Origin: Eledone cirrhosa
Taxonomy: Eukaryota
Assembly: GCA_964016885.1 (NCBI GenBank)
Contig: OZ024741.1
Location: 281,170,001-281,234,000 of the forward strand
Direction: 5' to 3'
DNA length: 64,000 nucleotides
Shown here: in pieces, positions 1 to 11,085 of the stretch
Numbering within the stretch: position 1 is the first letter of the stretch
How the letters are laid out: every line of letters begins with the position of its first letter
Position numbers and translations under genes: made by a program
The notes under the pieces: model-generated
What the model was told of the DNA's origin: nothing
The model's input: the letters and a program-made list of their open reading frames with translations, nothing else
The model's database searches: none

Positions 1-102
1 CGCCGAGGTTGACTTTGCCTTTCATCCTTACGGGGTCGATAAAATAAAGTACCCGTAATGAACTGGGTAATTGCTGGCCTTGTGCCTAAAGTAGAAACAA
101 TT
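1..102 (+). mobile_element. tRNA-derived SINE, 3' part
   Basis: Central domain GACTTTGCCTTTCATCCTTACGGGGTCGATAAAATAAAGTACC and tail match the full copy at 34471-34659. Confidence 0.85.
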
Positions 103-320
103 ATCATTATCATCATCATCATCGTTTAACGTCTATCTTCCATGCTAGCATGGGTTAGACGGGAATTACCCCACTTGAGGCAAGATTGGTTGTGTGACTG
201 TGTCTCGCTCATATAGGACTATCTGGATGCCCTTCCTAACACCAGCCACATTTACAGTGTGGACTGGGAGCTTTTTACCGTGTTACCTACACGACCACAT
301 TACAGTGTGGACTGAATGTT
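103..320 (-). mobile_element. RTE LINE/SINE 3' end with (GAT)n tail
   Basis: Matches the 3' UTR of the RTE copies at 1892, 47233 and 50051 (GGATGCCCTTCCTAACACC motif, catcatcat tail). Confidence 0.8.
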
Positions 321-395
321 GTGGTACCAACTATATAAAAACTCTTATCTAGTACTCTCTGGATTTTGGTCTTTGTATTTATTATTACCACTAAA

Positions 396-614
396 GGTGG
401 ATTGGCAGTATTGGTGGGGCATTGGACAACATGCTTTGCAGCATAGATTTATGGCCCTTTATGTTCTGAGTTCAAATCTCTCTGAGTTTAGTTTTGTCTT
501 TCGTCCTTACAGAGTCAATAAAACAAAGAATCAGTAATGCACTGGGGTCAATTTAATCGACTTTCTCCTCCCTCCAAAATTATTGGCCCTATGCCTAAAT
601 CAGAAATCATTATT
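396..614 (+). mobile_element. Diverged tRNA-derived SINE
   Basis: A box TGGCAGTATTGG, B box GAGTTCAAATC, decayed central domain and tail. Confidence 0.75.
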
Positions 615-1439
615 GGTTCAGTCTGATCAGCCAGCCCTTAAAATAAAAAAAAAAAGCATAATATGAACCTCAACAGTCTATATTTTTCTATTTAAAAACA
701 TGAAAGAAATTGTAAAAAGTAACTTTTTTTTTTTCATTAGTGACCTTTACCTTTAACAGTTAATGCAGTAGGAAATTTATTTGCTTCATGCAAAGTTAGC
801 ACATGGTAAATACTTCCTGCACCTATTTCCTTCCTTTTGTTTGTTTACTTGACCTACATGCCATACCCTTTCTTTGGACCTACCAGCCCATAACATTCAT
901 CCTCACTACCTTCTTTTGAATTTATTACATCTACTCACTACCTCTTAGCTAAGTTTAGATGCTACTATATCAAGGGAAAGTTCATCTTACTAGCAATGTT
1001 TTGAAAGGCCGGTATTTGCAGCAAAACTTTAAAGTCAACAATCACAGCCATTGACAAATATTATTTTGACCCTACAAACAGTATAGAGTTCTTCATTCAG
1101 TACATGTTTGGTGTGTTTATTACAGAAACATACTCACAAATATATATATTTGTGAGTATGTGTGTGTAAGAGATAGTGAGAGAAAAAGAATAAAAAAGGT
1201 AAATGTCCTTAAAACACTCAAACACTAATGCTTAGTTCAGGTTTCTTTGCTATAAGAAGATGAGATACTTCTCCCCTGCATAAGGTACATGCAAGAAACT
1301 CTGGAACTTATTCAGGATAACTTGGTGAGCTGAGAGAAAGGAAGTTGGGTTATTTAGAAACATTCTTTTGATAAAGGTTGGAAGATATGACATAAATAGA
1401 AATGAAACCAACAATAATGAGTAACATAATTCTTTTTAA

Positions 1440-1636
1440 CATTGGCATAAGGCCAGCAATTAGGAGAATAGAGAAAGTTGATTATATCGACCCCAGTACT
1501 TAATTCATACGTTATTTTATTAATCCCAGAAGGACGAAAGGCAAAGTTAACCTTGGCAAGATTTGAAATCAGAATGTAAAATGTTGAAATCAGAATATAA
1601 AATGTTGAAATTACCGATACTGCTAATCCACCATCC
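1440..1636 (-). mobile_element. Diverged tRNA-derived SINE
   Basis: Reverse complement of the SINE head and central domain (GAAAGGCAAAGTTAACC). Confidence 0.65.
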
Positions 1637-1891
1637 AAATAAAGGAGAACATTGTAAAAATAGTTTTTTGTGCCTGAATTACTGAAACATTAGTTTCATT
1701 TTAGTGTGGACTTTTTTTAATCCTCACCCCAAATAATAAGTTAACTAATGTGTTTGTAGCTTTTTTTTTTTTCATAATTTTCTTTCAAAGTTTAAAATGA
1801 ATTTATTTCTTACATGAACATGAAACATTGAATGTATCTTGATTGCATTTAAACACATTAGTTATTTCAATTTCTGAAAATTAACAATACT

Positions 1892-3126
1892 TCATCATCA
1901 TCATCATCATCAACGTTTAACGTCCGTGTTCCACACTTGCATGGGTTTGGACGGGGGTTTTCCCACTTGAGGCAAGAGTGATTGTTTTGCTCGCATAGGA
2001 CTGTCTGGCAGGTTTTCTACAGTTGGATGCCCTTCCTAACACCAACCACATTTACAGTGTGGGTCTGGGAGGTTTTTACCGTGTTGCCTACACGGCCACA
2101 TTACAGCGTGGACTGTGTGTTTTTTTTGTCGTGACACCTACACGATCTCATTTGTTTCGGCCTGGATGGTGTGGCACCAACATAACTTTACATAGAAGGG
2201 GGCAGTGTGGATGGGGTGGGGGTGGTGGGACGGGGTGTATTTTGTTAGAGATGCCTACTGACTGTAGTAGGTTTTACTATGTATTTAGGTAAGGCGGGTC
2301 TTCTCTATTACTGAGTACCGCCAAAGGTCTCGGTCCAGTGACATTGTCTTGGAGAGGTGTAAGTGTGTGAGGTCGGAGTTTATCAGCTCGTCCCAGGTTT
2401 TTCTAGGTCTGCCTATTCCGTGGCTACCGTCTATCTTTATTGCCCTGCACTTTGTTATACAGCTATCGACTTTCATGCGCATCACGTGTCCATACCAACG
2501 TAGCCTTCTCTCGAGTAAACAACATCTGATCCCTCTTATTTCTAATTTTTTCTTTAGTTCATTTATGCTTTTCCGTTCACGTATATTACTATTACACATC
2601 CAGCGAAGCATGCAAGCTTCGTTCCTCTCCAGTCTGCGTATATCCTCTGCACACAATGCCCAGGTCTCACTGCCATGCAACATTGCTGTTCGTATGCAGG
2701 CATCAAACAACCTGCCTTTCGTTTTTAGGGAGAACCCTTTAGCGGCTAATAGTGGTATAAGCTCTCTGAACTTTTTCCATCCAGTTCTGACTCTAGCTAC
2801 TGTACTTTCAGAGCACCCTCCCCCACTGCTGATTTTGTCACCCAGGTAACGGAAGCTGTCCACTATTTCTATAGATCCCTCTGCGCAGTTGAAAGAGCTA
2901 GTATTTTGTGAGCACTTGCTGCTACTTATTGCACCAGAGCACCGGCCACATGTGAAATCTATGTTCTTAGTTAGCTTACCTGTGATCCCACTACATCTTT
3001 TATGCACCCATACTTTGCATTTCTGACACAAAATGGAGTTTCTACCTACGCCTTTCCTACACACTGAGCATGGCCACTTCCCGGAAGGGACCGCCGCCTT
3101 ATTTTCTTTCCTACAAACTAGAACTT
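1892..3126 (-). mobile_element. 5'-truncated RTE LINE (PHD finger + C-terminal RT thumb region, 3' UTR, (GAT)n tail)
   Basis: ORF 2285-3064 is nearly identical to the C-terminus of the 982-aa ORF at 50435-53383. Confidence 0.95.
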
Positions 3127-3186
3127 ACTGTTGCTTAAGTCTTGAATTATGAAAATTTCATTACAAATGCAAATATATATTATCCA

Positions 3187-3373
3187 CACTTTCGCCATAA
3201 CATATCTTTAGGTTTGTCACACTGCCTTCTGCTCATGGGTGCTTACAGTTGGTACTATTGTGGTTACATGATCAAAGTTTGAGCTTGATCATGCTAGTTT
3301 TCTAGTATTAACTATAAGCACACATGAGCAAAAGGCAGTTTGATAAACCTAAAGATATGTCATGGCAAAAGTG
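3187..3373. mobile_element. Foldback MITE-like element with about 70-bp imperfect inverted arms
   Basis: CACTTTCGCCATAACATATCTTTAGGTTTGTCA... pairs with ...TGATAAACCTAAAGATATGTCATGGCAAAAGTG. Confidence 0.65.
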
Positions 3374-3694
3374 CTGTTAATTTTTTACTTACCCTCATAT
3401 AAAAACCAAAGTGTATGTAGATTTAAAAAAAATCTAAGTTTACATTAGGGGGTGGAGTGTGGATGGAGTTAATCCATTCTAAAATGAAAATTAATTTGTT
3501 TTGGTAATGCAGGAAAGCCAAAATATATTTTTACCTCTCCTTATTATTGTTAGTTCATTTTTAATTATGCTGTATTTTTCAACCTTCGCCCAATCTACAT
3601 TTGCAGGGGAAAAAATAAGGGTTGTAAGATAATAAGATAACTAAAAGTATATATAACATAAATAAAATTATGATAGAAGGTTTTCAGTTAAATA

Positions 3695-3957
3695 TAAACA
3701 CTTTTGTTACCATATTTCTAATGGAAAATACTGTCTCTGATTTTCAAGTAATTTTGAAATTAACCACAAATTTGGAGGGATTTAATATTATAAATTTCTA
3801 TTTATTAATCTGGTATTTAGAACATAAATTAACATGTTCTTACATAAAATTGTGATGGAAGGTTTTTAGATAATCATAAACACTTTAAAAGAAACATTTT
3901 ACAGTTTTGTATCATATAACTAGAGGTGGTTTTATGGTGTTTGGTATCAAGAGTTAA
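3695..3957 (+). mobile_element. Decayed piggyBac-related MITE
   Basis: Body similar to the copies at 8830-9044, 9896-10377 and 22072-22268 (TTCTTACATAAAATT...GGTTTTTAGATAA). Confidence 0.5.
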
Positions 3958-4577
3958 ATGTAAGAATTTCTTCTTATATCGGCAAGAAGCCTGAAATGTT
4001 TAGATAAATCAAAATGCAGCTGACTTATAACACATTGGGTCATTAGCAACAGAATGCAATATTACTTAGTTTTCTTTCATGCTTGAAATATTTTAGATTA
4101 GATTAAATAGTTTCTATGTTTGAAACAAAAAAAAACAAAAAAAACAAATGCCTCATTGTGTTAGTTTCGAGAATGTTTTTTTAAAGAAAAACATAAAGAA
4201 TCAAAGACACACCTAAAATTTTCCTTTGATATAAAAGTATTATTTCATTTAAAAAATACCTCTCCACACCAAATGAAAAGAAAAACAGTATAAAACTATA
4301 ACAACAATATTATGTATGTTTAAAGAAATAATTATTTAAAAAATACATAATCTAATGAAGGCGGTGTCTTCATACACATTGTGGTTTGTGTAAAATGCTC
4401 CCTAATGTTAGTAGAGCATAAATGAAACATACTACATCCATAAACAATGCACCATATGTTTTTTATTAAATTATAGAAATCTTTATCTCATTACCTCTTG
4501 TAAATTGTTAATCATTCATCTATCTCTGCTAAAATAGGAAGGAGGAACCTGCATATTTGAATATTTGCATATACAAT

Positions 4578-4690
4578 ATATCAGAGCATGTTATTATAAT
4601 TACATGTAATTATATTAGACTATATCAGAGCATGTAAATATAATTGCATTTAATTATATTAGAATGTATCAGAGCATGTAATTATAATTA
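4578..4690. repeat. Minisatellite, about 3 copies of a ~44-bp unit
   Basis: Repeated ATCAGAGCATGTAATTATAATT. Confidence 0.75.
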
Positions 4691-4909
4691 CTGTATATAC
4701 TTGAATATAAGCCAACCTTCTATTTTAAATCTGAGAAATAGGCAAAAATTCCAAACCCTGTTTAACTGAGTTCAAATTTCACAAAAGTCAACTGTACCTT
4801 TCATCCTTTTGAAGTCAATAAATAAAGTGCCAGTCATGTACTGGGGCTCAATTCTTTCTCTCCCTCTATCTCATGATGATATCAGCTATGATAAGACCTG
4901 GAGAGAGAT

Positions 4910-5116
4910 GAACTCTTACAGGTTTAAAATACCCAAGATCTGCTGTGTCTAGACCCTAACAAGTTTAAGATACCCAAGATCTGCTGTGTCAAGACCCGAA
5001 CAAGTTTAAGATACCCAAGATATGCTGTGTCAAGACCCTAACAAGTTTAAGATACCCAAGATATGCTGTGTGTCAAGATGACACCTCTATGACCCTAACA
5101 AATTTAAAATACCCAA
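4910..5116. repeat. Minisatellite, about 4-5 copies of a ~41-bp unit
   Basis: Repeated AACAAGTTTAAGATACCCAAGATCTGCTGTGTCAAGACCCT. Confidence 0.85.
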
Positions 5117-5158
5117 TGCAGTTTTAGTTGGGTTGGTATCAAAAGAAATATACTAGTG

Positions 5159-7435
5159 CAGGGTGGGCAAACCTTTTGGACCAGGGGTCACATTGACTTG
5201 GTCATGAACACCAGAGGGCTGCACCACGATCCCAAGGAATGCGCAGAACTCATTGCTGAGTGCTATGCAAGTATTTTTACTGTTGAAAACCAGAATGTAC
5301 CATCTCCACCATCTCTAACATCAAATTCCATAACAACTATGGAATTTACACCTGCAATGTTGCGACGTCACCTTAAGAATAAGCGCAACTATGCCTCCCC
5401 TGGTCTTGATGGTGTGACATACCTGCTTCTCAAACGTGGCGGGTATTTCCTTTTGTGCTAGCTTTCTTTCTTCTTTCAATACTGTCTCAACAATGGTGCT
5501 ACTCCGGAGCAGTGGAAAACTGCCAGTGTCATTCCCCTCTTCAAAAAGGGCAACCGCATGTCACCTGTCAACTATCGTCCAGTCAGTCTTACTAGCTGTA
5601 TGGCCAAACTGATGGAATCCTGTGTCAGAGAAACACTTTGGAACTTCTGGAGCTCTCACAGCCTCATCCGGCCCTCACAGTTTGGATTCATCCCTAACTC
5701 CAGCTGCTGTGATCAGCTTATCGAGTTCCTTGAAGACATCACCCGGATCACTGACAGCGGCTCATGGGTGGATGTTGTTTACCTTGACTTTGCTAAGGCT
5801 TTTAATTCTGTGCCACACAAAAGACTTATGGAAAAACTCTCTGCAATGGGTGTGAGGGATGATCTTTTCGACTGGTTGAAATCCTTCATTCTCAGCCGAA
5901 AAGAAGTAGTCACGGTTCTAGGACAGCATTCTTCACCATATGAGATGTCATCTGGTGTACCACAGGGATCTGTTCTTGGTCCTCTTTTGTTTGTGGCATA
6001 TATTAACGACATAGATGCCAACTTACAGAATACCACGGTACTAAAATATGCAGATGACATCAAGCTGTACCTTGAAATCAAAAGGACTGATCCTGAAATT
6101 TACAACTCTTTCCTACAATCAGACCTGGACACAATGCAGCAATGGATCACAGACTGGCAACTGAAGCTGGCTGTGGACAAGTGTACCACCATGCATTTTG
6201 GAAGGAAAAATCCAGCATCCACATACTCCCTCCACAACACTGATATCAAAAAGTCCTCTTGTGAACGTGACCTGGGCATTACTGTCAGCAACGATTTGCG
6301 TTGGACAAAGCATGTCTCTAAGATTGTCAAGAAGGCAGAGGGTGTCTTGGCATCACCCAGCAAGACCTTTGTTAGCCGCTCTCCAGCCATCTATTTAAAA
6401 CTGTATACAGCTATGGTACGACCACACTTGGAATTCGCATCATCAGTCTGGAACCCCTATCTTGCTCAGAACATTGACCTCCTGGAAACTGTTCAGAGAC
6501 GTGCAACCAAGCGCATACCCTCCATCAGACACCTACCATACTCTGAACGCCTTGCTTCCCTGGGCATGGATTCATTGAAGCTCCGACGTCTGGCAATGGA
6601 CTTGGTGAATACCCACAAAGTTTTTAACCATCTCGCCAATTGCAGCCCTGAGCACCTCTTTGATCTCCATGTGTCTAACACACGTGGACATGCCTACAAG
6701 ATCAGAAAACAGCACAGCTCCCATGACTTTCGTAGACATTTTTTCACGCTCAGAGTTGCTGAAGCATGGAACAAACTGCCTGCGTCAATTGTTAGCTGCC
6801 GAGACACTGCATCCTTTAAGACACTCATGCTTCCCGAAATACGCCAAAACTACACCTGATGTACCCCTTCCATGCACATGCACACATGTGTGTATCATGA
6901 CTCGTGCACTGTTCATTTTACTGATGTTTGTGCATTGCCCTATGTACTGTACATGCACTTTTTTGATGAGTTGTGGTGCACCTGGGCACTGTACACAATA
7001 TTTCATTATTGTTATTGTTATTATATCATGACTCATACACTGTTCATTTTCCTGACATTTGTACATTATTCTATGTACTATACATGCACCTTTGATGAGT
7101 TGTAGTGCACTTGAGCACTGTACACAATAATTTCATTATTATTATTATTATTATTTATTATTGGATATAGTGTGCCAGTAACCTTATTGTTATTCAGTTA
7201 GAATTTAGAAAATATAAAATATAAACTGCATTAATAAAATGATTAAATACAAAAATCTTAAAACAAAGTTTTCTTTTAATTTGTGTCTGTACATCACAAA
7301 ATATACCAGAACAAAAATGTAACTAGATCTAGCCTCGGCTTAAGTATTATATACAAAAATTTGTTGACTTTTATCTTTTTTTTATTAATTCGCCGAATGC
7401 TTCCACGGGCCGCACAAAACTCCTTGGCAGGCTAG
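5159..7435 (+). mobile_element. Probable hAT/Charlie-type MITE interrupted by the CR1 LINE
   Basis: Left end CAGGGTGGGCAAACCTTTT...GGGGTCACATT resembles hAT MITE termini; GGGCCGCACAAAA near the right end; right TIR not recognisable. Confidence 0.4.
5220..7161 (+). mobile_element. 5'-truncated CR1-group LINE (RT), with (ATT)n tail
   Basis: ORF 5558-6859 has YRPVSL, YLDFAKAF, GVPQGSVLGP, YADD, ERDLG motifs; an in-frame stop at 5459-5461 separates it from upstream ORF 5156-5461. Confidence 0.93.
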
Positions 7436-7542
7436 TGAAAACTAGCAGTATAATTGATGAGTTTTTAACAAATGATATATAATTTTTATTTCAAATCCTC
7501 CAGTTTTTAGTAAGATGAATTTGTGACCCAAACTCACTATCT

Positions 7543-7758
7543 TTAACCCTTTAGCATTTAAACCGGCCGTATCTGGCCAGAATTCTCTCACCTCTTTCTG
7601 TTCAAACCGGCTGTAACCAACCACTCATACTGATGTTAAAGTATTGTTCTCAAAATAAATATCATCAAAATTTCATAGATTTGATATCATGTGAAGTAAA
7701 GTTTTTACCATGAAAATATAATCGTAAATGTAGAGTAATGTAAATGCTAAAAGATTAA
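7543..7758. mobile_element. piggyBac-type MITE
   Basis: TTAA-CCCTTTAGCATTTA ... TAAATGCTAAAAGA-TTAA termini. Confidence 0.7.
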
Positions 7759-7789
7759 TTCGATATTTGTGCCAACCCTTAACTACAGT

Positions 7790-8185
7790 CATGAATCTTA
7801 GGTAATGACCAAAAGAATACAAGCAAATGAAATGGGGTTCCTCTGAAGTGTATTTGGAGTAACATTCTTTGTAAGTGTGCATAGCTTGGAGATTAGGGAG
7901 TCACTCCAGGTAGATCATTATTTCTCCAAATTGAGAGATTATAGTTCCAATATTACAGGCATGTGATTAGAATGTCTTAAGAAAGAATCACTGGGCAGAT
8001 TTTACAGGCAAAACCAGCCTGCAGAAGTCCCAGGGATAGACTCTGAATAAGATGGTTGGATAACATCCATGAGCTTGGCTGGTCTTGCTTAGGGATCCAG
8101 CCAGATCAATTGGAGATGGTTGCTTCTGACAAGAGGACTCTGCCCCCATGACCCTCCCAGGAATAAGTTGGCAAAGAAGAAGAAT
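7790..8185 (+). mobile_element. Decayed 3' fragment of an RTE (Rex3/Expander-like) LINE
   Basis: Similar to 60870-61280, including the GACTCTGCCCC...GGAATAAG end and (GAA)n tail. Confidence 0.7.
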
Positions 8186-8424
8186 TTGTAATCTGTAAAT
8201 AATTTAGTCTAGTATCTCAAAGATTCAAATTCAGTTAAGACATAGCATAACAACAAGTGATGCAATGATAATATATTTACATAAAAGAGGAATTAGGTAA
8301 TATTTTGTTGGTATATGATTGTACATGCAAGCATGTACACTCATTTAATTAACAATTACTCACAAAACTATGGACTATCTCAGGTAGAATCTTATTATCA
8401 TTGTCATCCTCATCCTATTTACTA

Positions 8425-8765
8425 CAATGATTATCACCATCACCACCATCATCATCACTAGTACAATCACTGCCACCATTACCTCCACTGCTGCCACCAC
8501 TACCTCCACTGCTGCCACCACTACCTCCACTGCTGCCACCACTGCCACCACCAGCAGCACCATCACCATCACTGCCATCACTACAGCCACCACCACTATT
8601 GACTTGATCACCATCACTGCCACCACCACCACCACTGTCACCATCACCACCACCACCGCCGCCATCACTGCTACCACCACCACCATCACTGCCATCACTA
8701 TAGCCACACCATCACTGCTACCACTAACACTGCCATCATCACCATTACCATCACCACTGCCATTG
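8425..8765. repeat. Degenerate (CAC/CAT/CTG) triplet repeat
   Basis: Low-complexity triplets; the Thr- and Val-rich ORFs are artefacts. Confidence 0.9.
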
Positions 8766-8829
8766 CGCTATTATTATCTTTTTGTCAACACATAATTATT
8801 TCATATTAACTTTGCAGTGCTCACTGCCT

Positions 8830-9044
8830 AAAACCACCCCTGGTTCTGATACAAAACTGCACATTTAAAAGTGTATATATTTATCTAAAAATCTTTCATC
8901 ATAATTGTATGTAAGAATCTTTAAGTTATATTCCAAACCCCAGGCTTAATAATGAAATAAAGAAATAAAATTCTTAACTATTTTCAAAATTATCTGAAAA
9001 CCTTAAGCCATACTTTCATTAGAAATATGGTAACGGAAGGGTTA
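8830..9044 (-). mobile_element. piggyBac-related MITE
   Basis: Ends AGAAATATGGTAACGGAAGGG-TTAA, matching the right end of the piggyBac at 13597-13621. Confidence 0.7.
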
Positions 9045-9599
9045 AATATGATAACACCAGTTTAATTATATTCAATATGGGTGTTTCATTCCTTGTTTAG
9101 AGCTCAAAGTAACTCTATTACAGATGCTTTATATCACTAATGTTTGGTAATCTTTATACCAGGGCTTAACATCATCTATACCCATTACATAATCATATTG
9201 GCTTTGTCTTCTCTCTCCCATAAATCAAATTTCTTTGTAACCTTATCATTTTCTTAACTCCCATTGTACACAGCCTCTCTTTCCTGTTAACACTGAACAT
9301 TCAACAGACCATACGTTTTCTATTGTTGCAGGTGTTTCACCTTCACAAACCAGGTTTCACTTTCATAAACTATTGCACTTTTTTTACCTGATAAGATTCT
9401 TTACATAAAGATTGTATGCCTCATAATTTTCCTATCATATTGAGTAAGAAATACATTATTACCAACAGATATAGTAGTTTTCTAAAATAATGGTATGGTG
9501 CTGTAACTCCTGAGGGAGTTAGAGCACCATAATTGTATGGCGTTTCTTGGACATTTTTTATGGAGAAGGATAAAAAGTGAGAGACAGGAAGCGAGAAAG

Positions 9600-9752
9600 A
9601 GATATAGAGGAAGAATCAACCCCAGTACTTGACTGGTACTTTTTTTATCGACCTCGAAAGGTTGAAAGGCAAAGTTGACTTCAGAGGACCAGACAAAATA
9701 CTGCAAAGCATTCTATTCAACATTCTATCGACTCTGTCAATTTGCTGCCTTA
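9600..9752 (-). mobile_element. tRNA-derived SINE fragment
   Basis: TATCGACCTCGAAAGGTTGAAAGGCAAAGTTGAC central domain. Confidence 0.7.
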
Positions 9753-9895
9753 AAATAATAATAAAAAAAATTCTATCTACACTTAATCACAAAGCCTTTG
9801 TTGTAATATTCTCTTCTAATATCTAAATAGTACAACTTAACTACTATTCCTACCAAACTACCACGAAGTAGTGTATGATCATCAATCCATAACTG

Positions 9896-10377
9896 TTAAC
9901 CCCTTCATTACCATATTTCTTGTGAAACACACTATTTATGGTTTTAAAAAAATATTTATGAAAAGGGAGGATATTTAGTAACTTTACTAAGTCTCTCATT
10001 ATTTATTTGGTGTTTGGGATATGACTTAAAGAAGTTTCTTACATAAAATTATTATGAGTGATTTTTAGATAAATATCTACCCTATAAGGTGGCAGTTCTG
10101 ATGCCACAACGAAAAGCACTCAGTTCACTGTGTAAGGTGATAGTGCTGGAGTCATGACAAAATTACCCCATTACACACTGTAGTGGTTGGCATTAGGAAG
10201 AGCATTCAAACCAAAACAGAACATATGAGCAAGACATGTCCATCTGACTTGTCTAGCTACAGAACATGACAATCCTTCTAACTCATGCAAGCATGGATAA
10301 TAGACATTAAATGGTGATGATGATAATGAGGAGGATAAACACTTTAAAACAAGCCATTTTGTATCATAGAGGGTTAA
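9896..10377 (+). mobile_element. piggyBac-related MITE interrupted by an RTE-tailed repeat (about 10085-10335)
   Basis: TTAA-CCCCTTCATTACCATATTTC ... AGAGGG-TTAA termini. Confidence 0.65.
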
Positions 10378-10489
10378 CTAATTCAGACTATTTAGTACAT
10401 CTAAAGTTGTGACTCCATCTTAGTCTGGATACTTATTGTTTGTACTGACTATTTTAACTAGTCCCTTCTGGTAAACAAACCAGTATATA

Positions 10490-10890
10490 TCATCAACATC
10501 ATCATCACCGTTTAATGTCCATTTTTCCACACTAGCATGGGTTAGATGAGTTGCCCCATTGTGAGAAAAGCCAATTCAGATGACCATGTCTTATTCAGCA
10601 GAACTACTTTTGGCTTGGTTTCTATGGCTGAATTTACAGTGTTTACTGGGTGCTTTTTGTTGTATCACCTACATGACCACTTTGCAGTGTGGGCTGGGCG
10701 CTTTTTGTCTTGGGACCTACATGACCACTTTATAGAGTGGCCTGGGTACTTTTGGTCGTGGCACCTACATGACCACTTTACAGTGTGGGCTGGGTGCTTT
10801 TTTGTCATGAAACCTACACAACCACTTTGCATTGTGGGCTAGGTGATTTTTGTCGTATCACCATCATGATCACTTTACAGTATGGGTGAG
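10490..10890 (-). mobile_element. RTE-tailed repeat with an internal ~44-bp tandem array
   Basis: (CAT)n tail; repeated CACCTACATGACCACTTTACAGTGTGGGCTGGG. Confidence 0.7.
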
Positions 10891-10912
10891 GACTTGGCTG
10901 GAGATGTGTGGG

Positions 10913-10945
<33 letters not shown>

Positions 10946-11085
10946 CAAAGGGATATTTACTTTGTTGGTAATTCAACAAATATATATATTTATAACTAAT
11001 ATAGCTCCTTTAATGTTGAGCACTTTAAACTATAACTGATTGCAAAAATTAATAATGAAATTCTTTAGGATTTCTTCTTCTTTAA

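Noticed and set aside
6960-7000. TTGATGAG plus a hairpin in the CR1 3' UTR as a hammerhead
   Set aside because: No GAAA or stem III; better explained as a LINE 3' recognition stem-loop
8375-8795. Mucin-like Thr-rich and Val-rich ORFs; also the Asp/Met/Ile ORFs at 20993-21400 and Cys-Val/His-Thr ORFs at 20530-21006
   Set aside because: Translations of simple repeats with no splice or domain support
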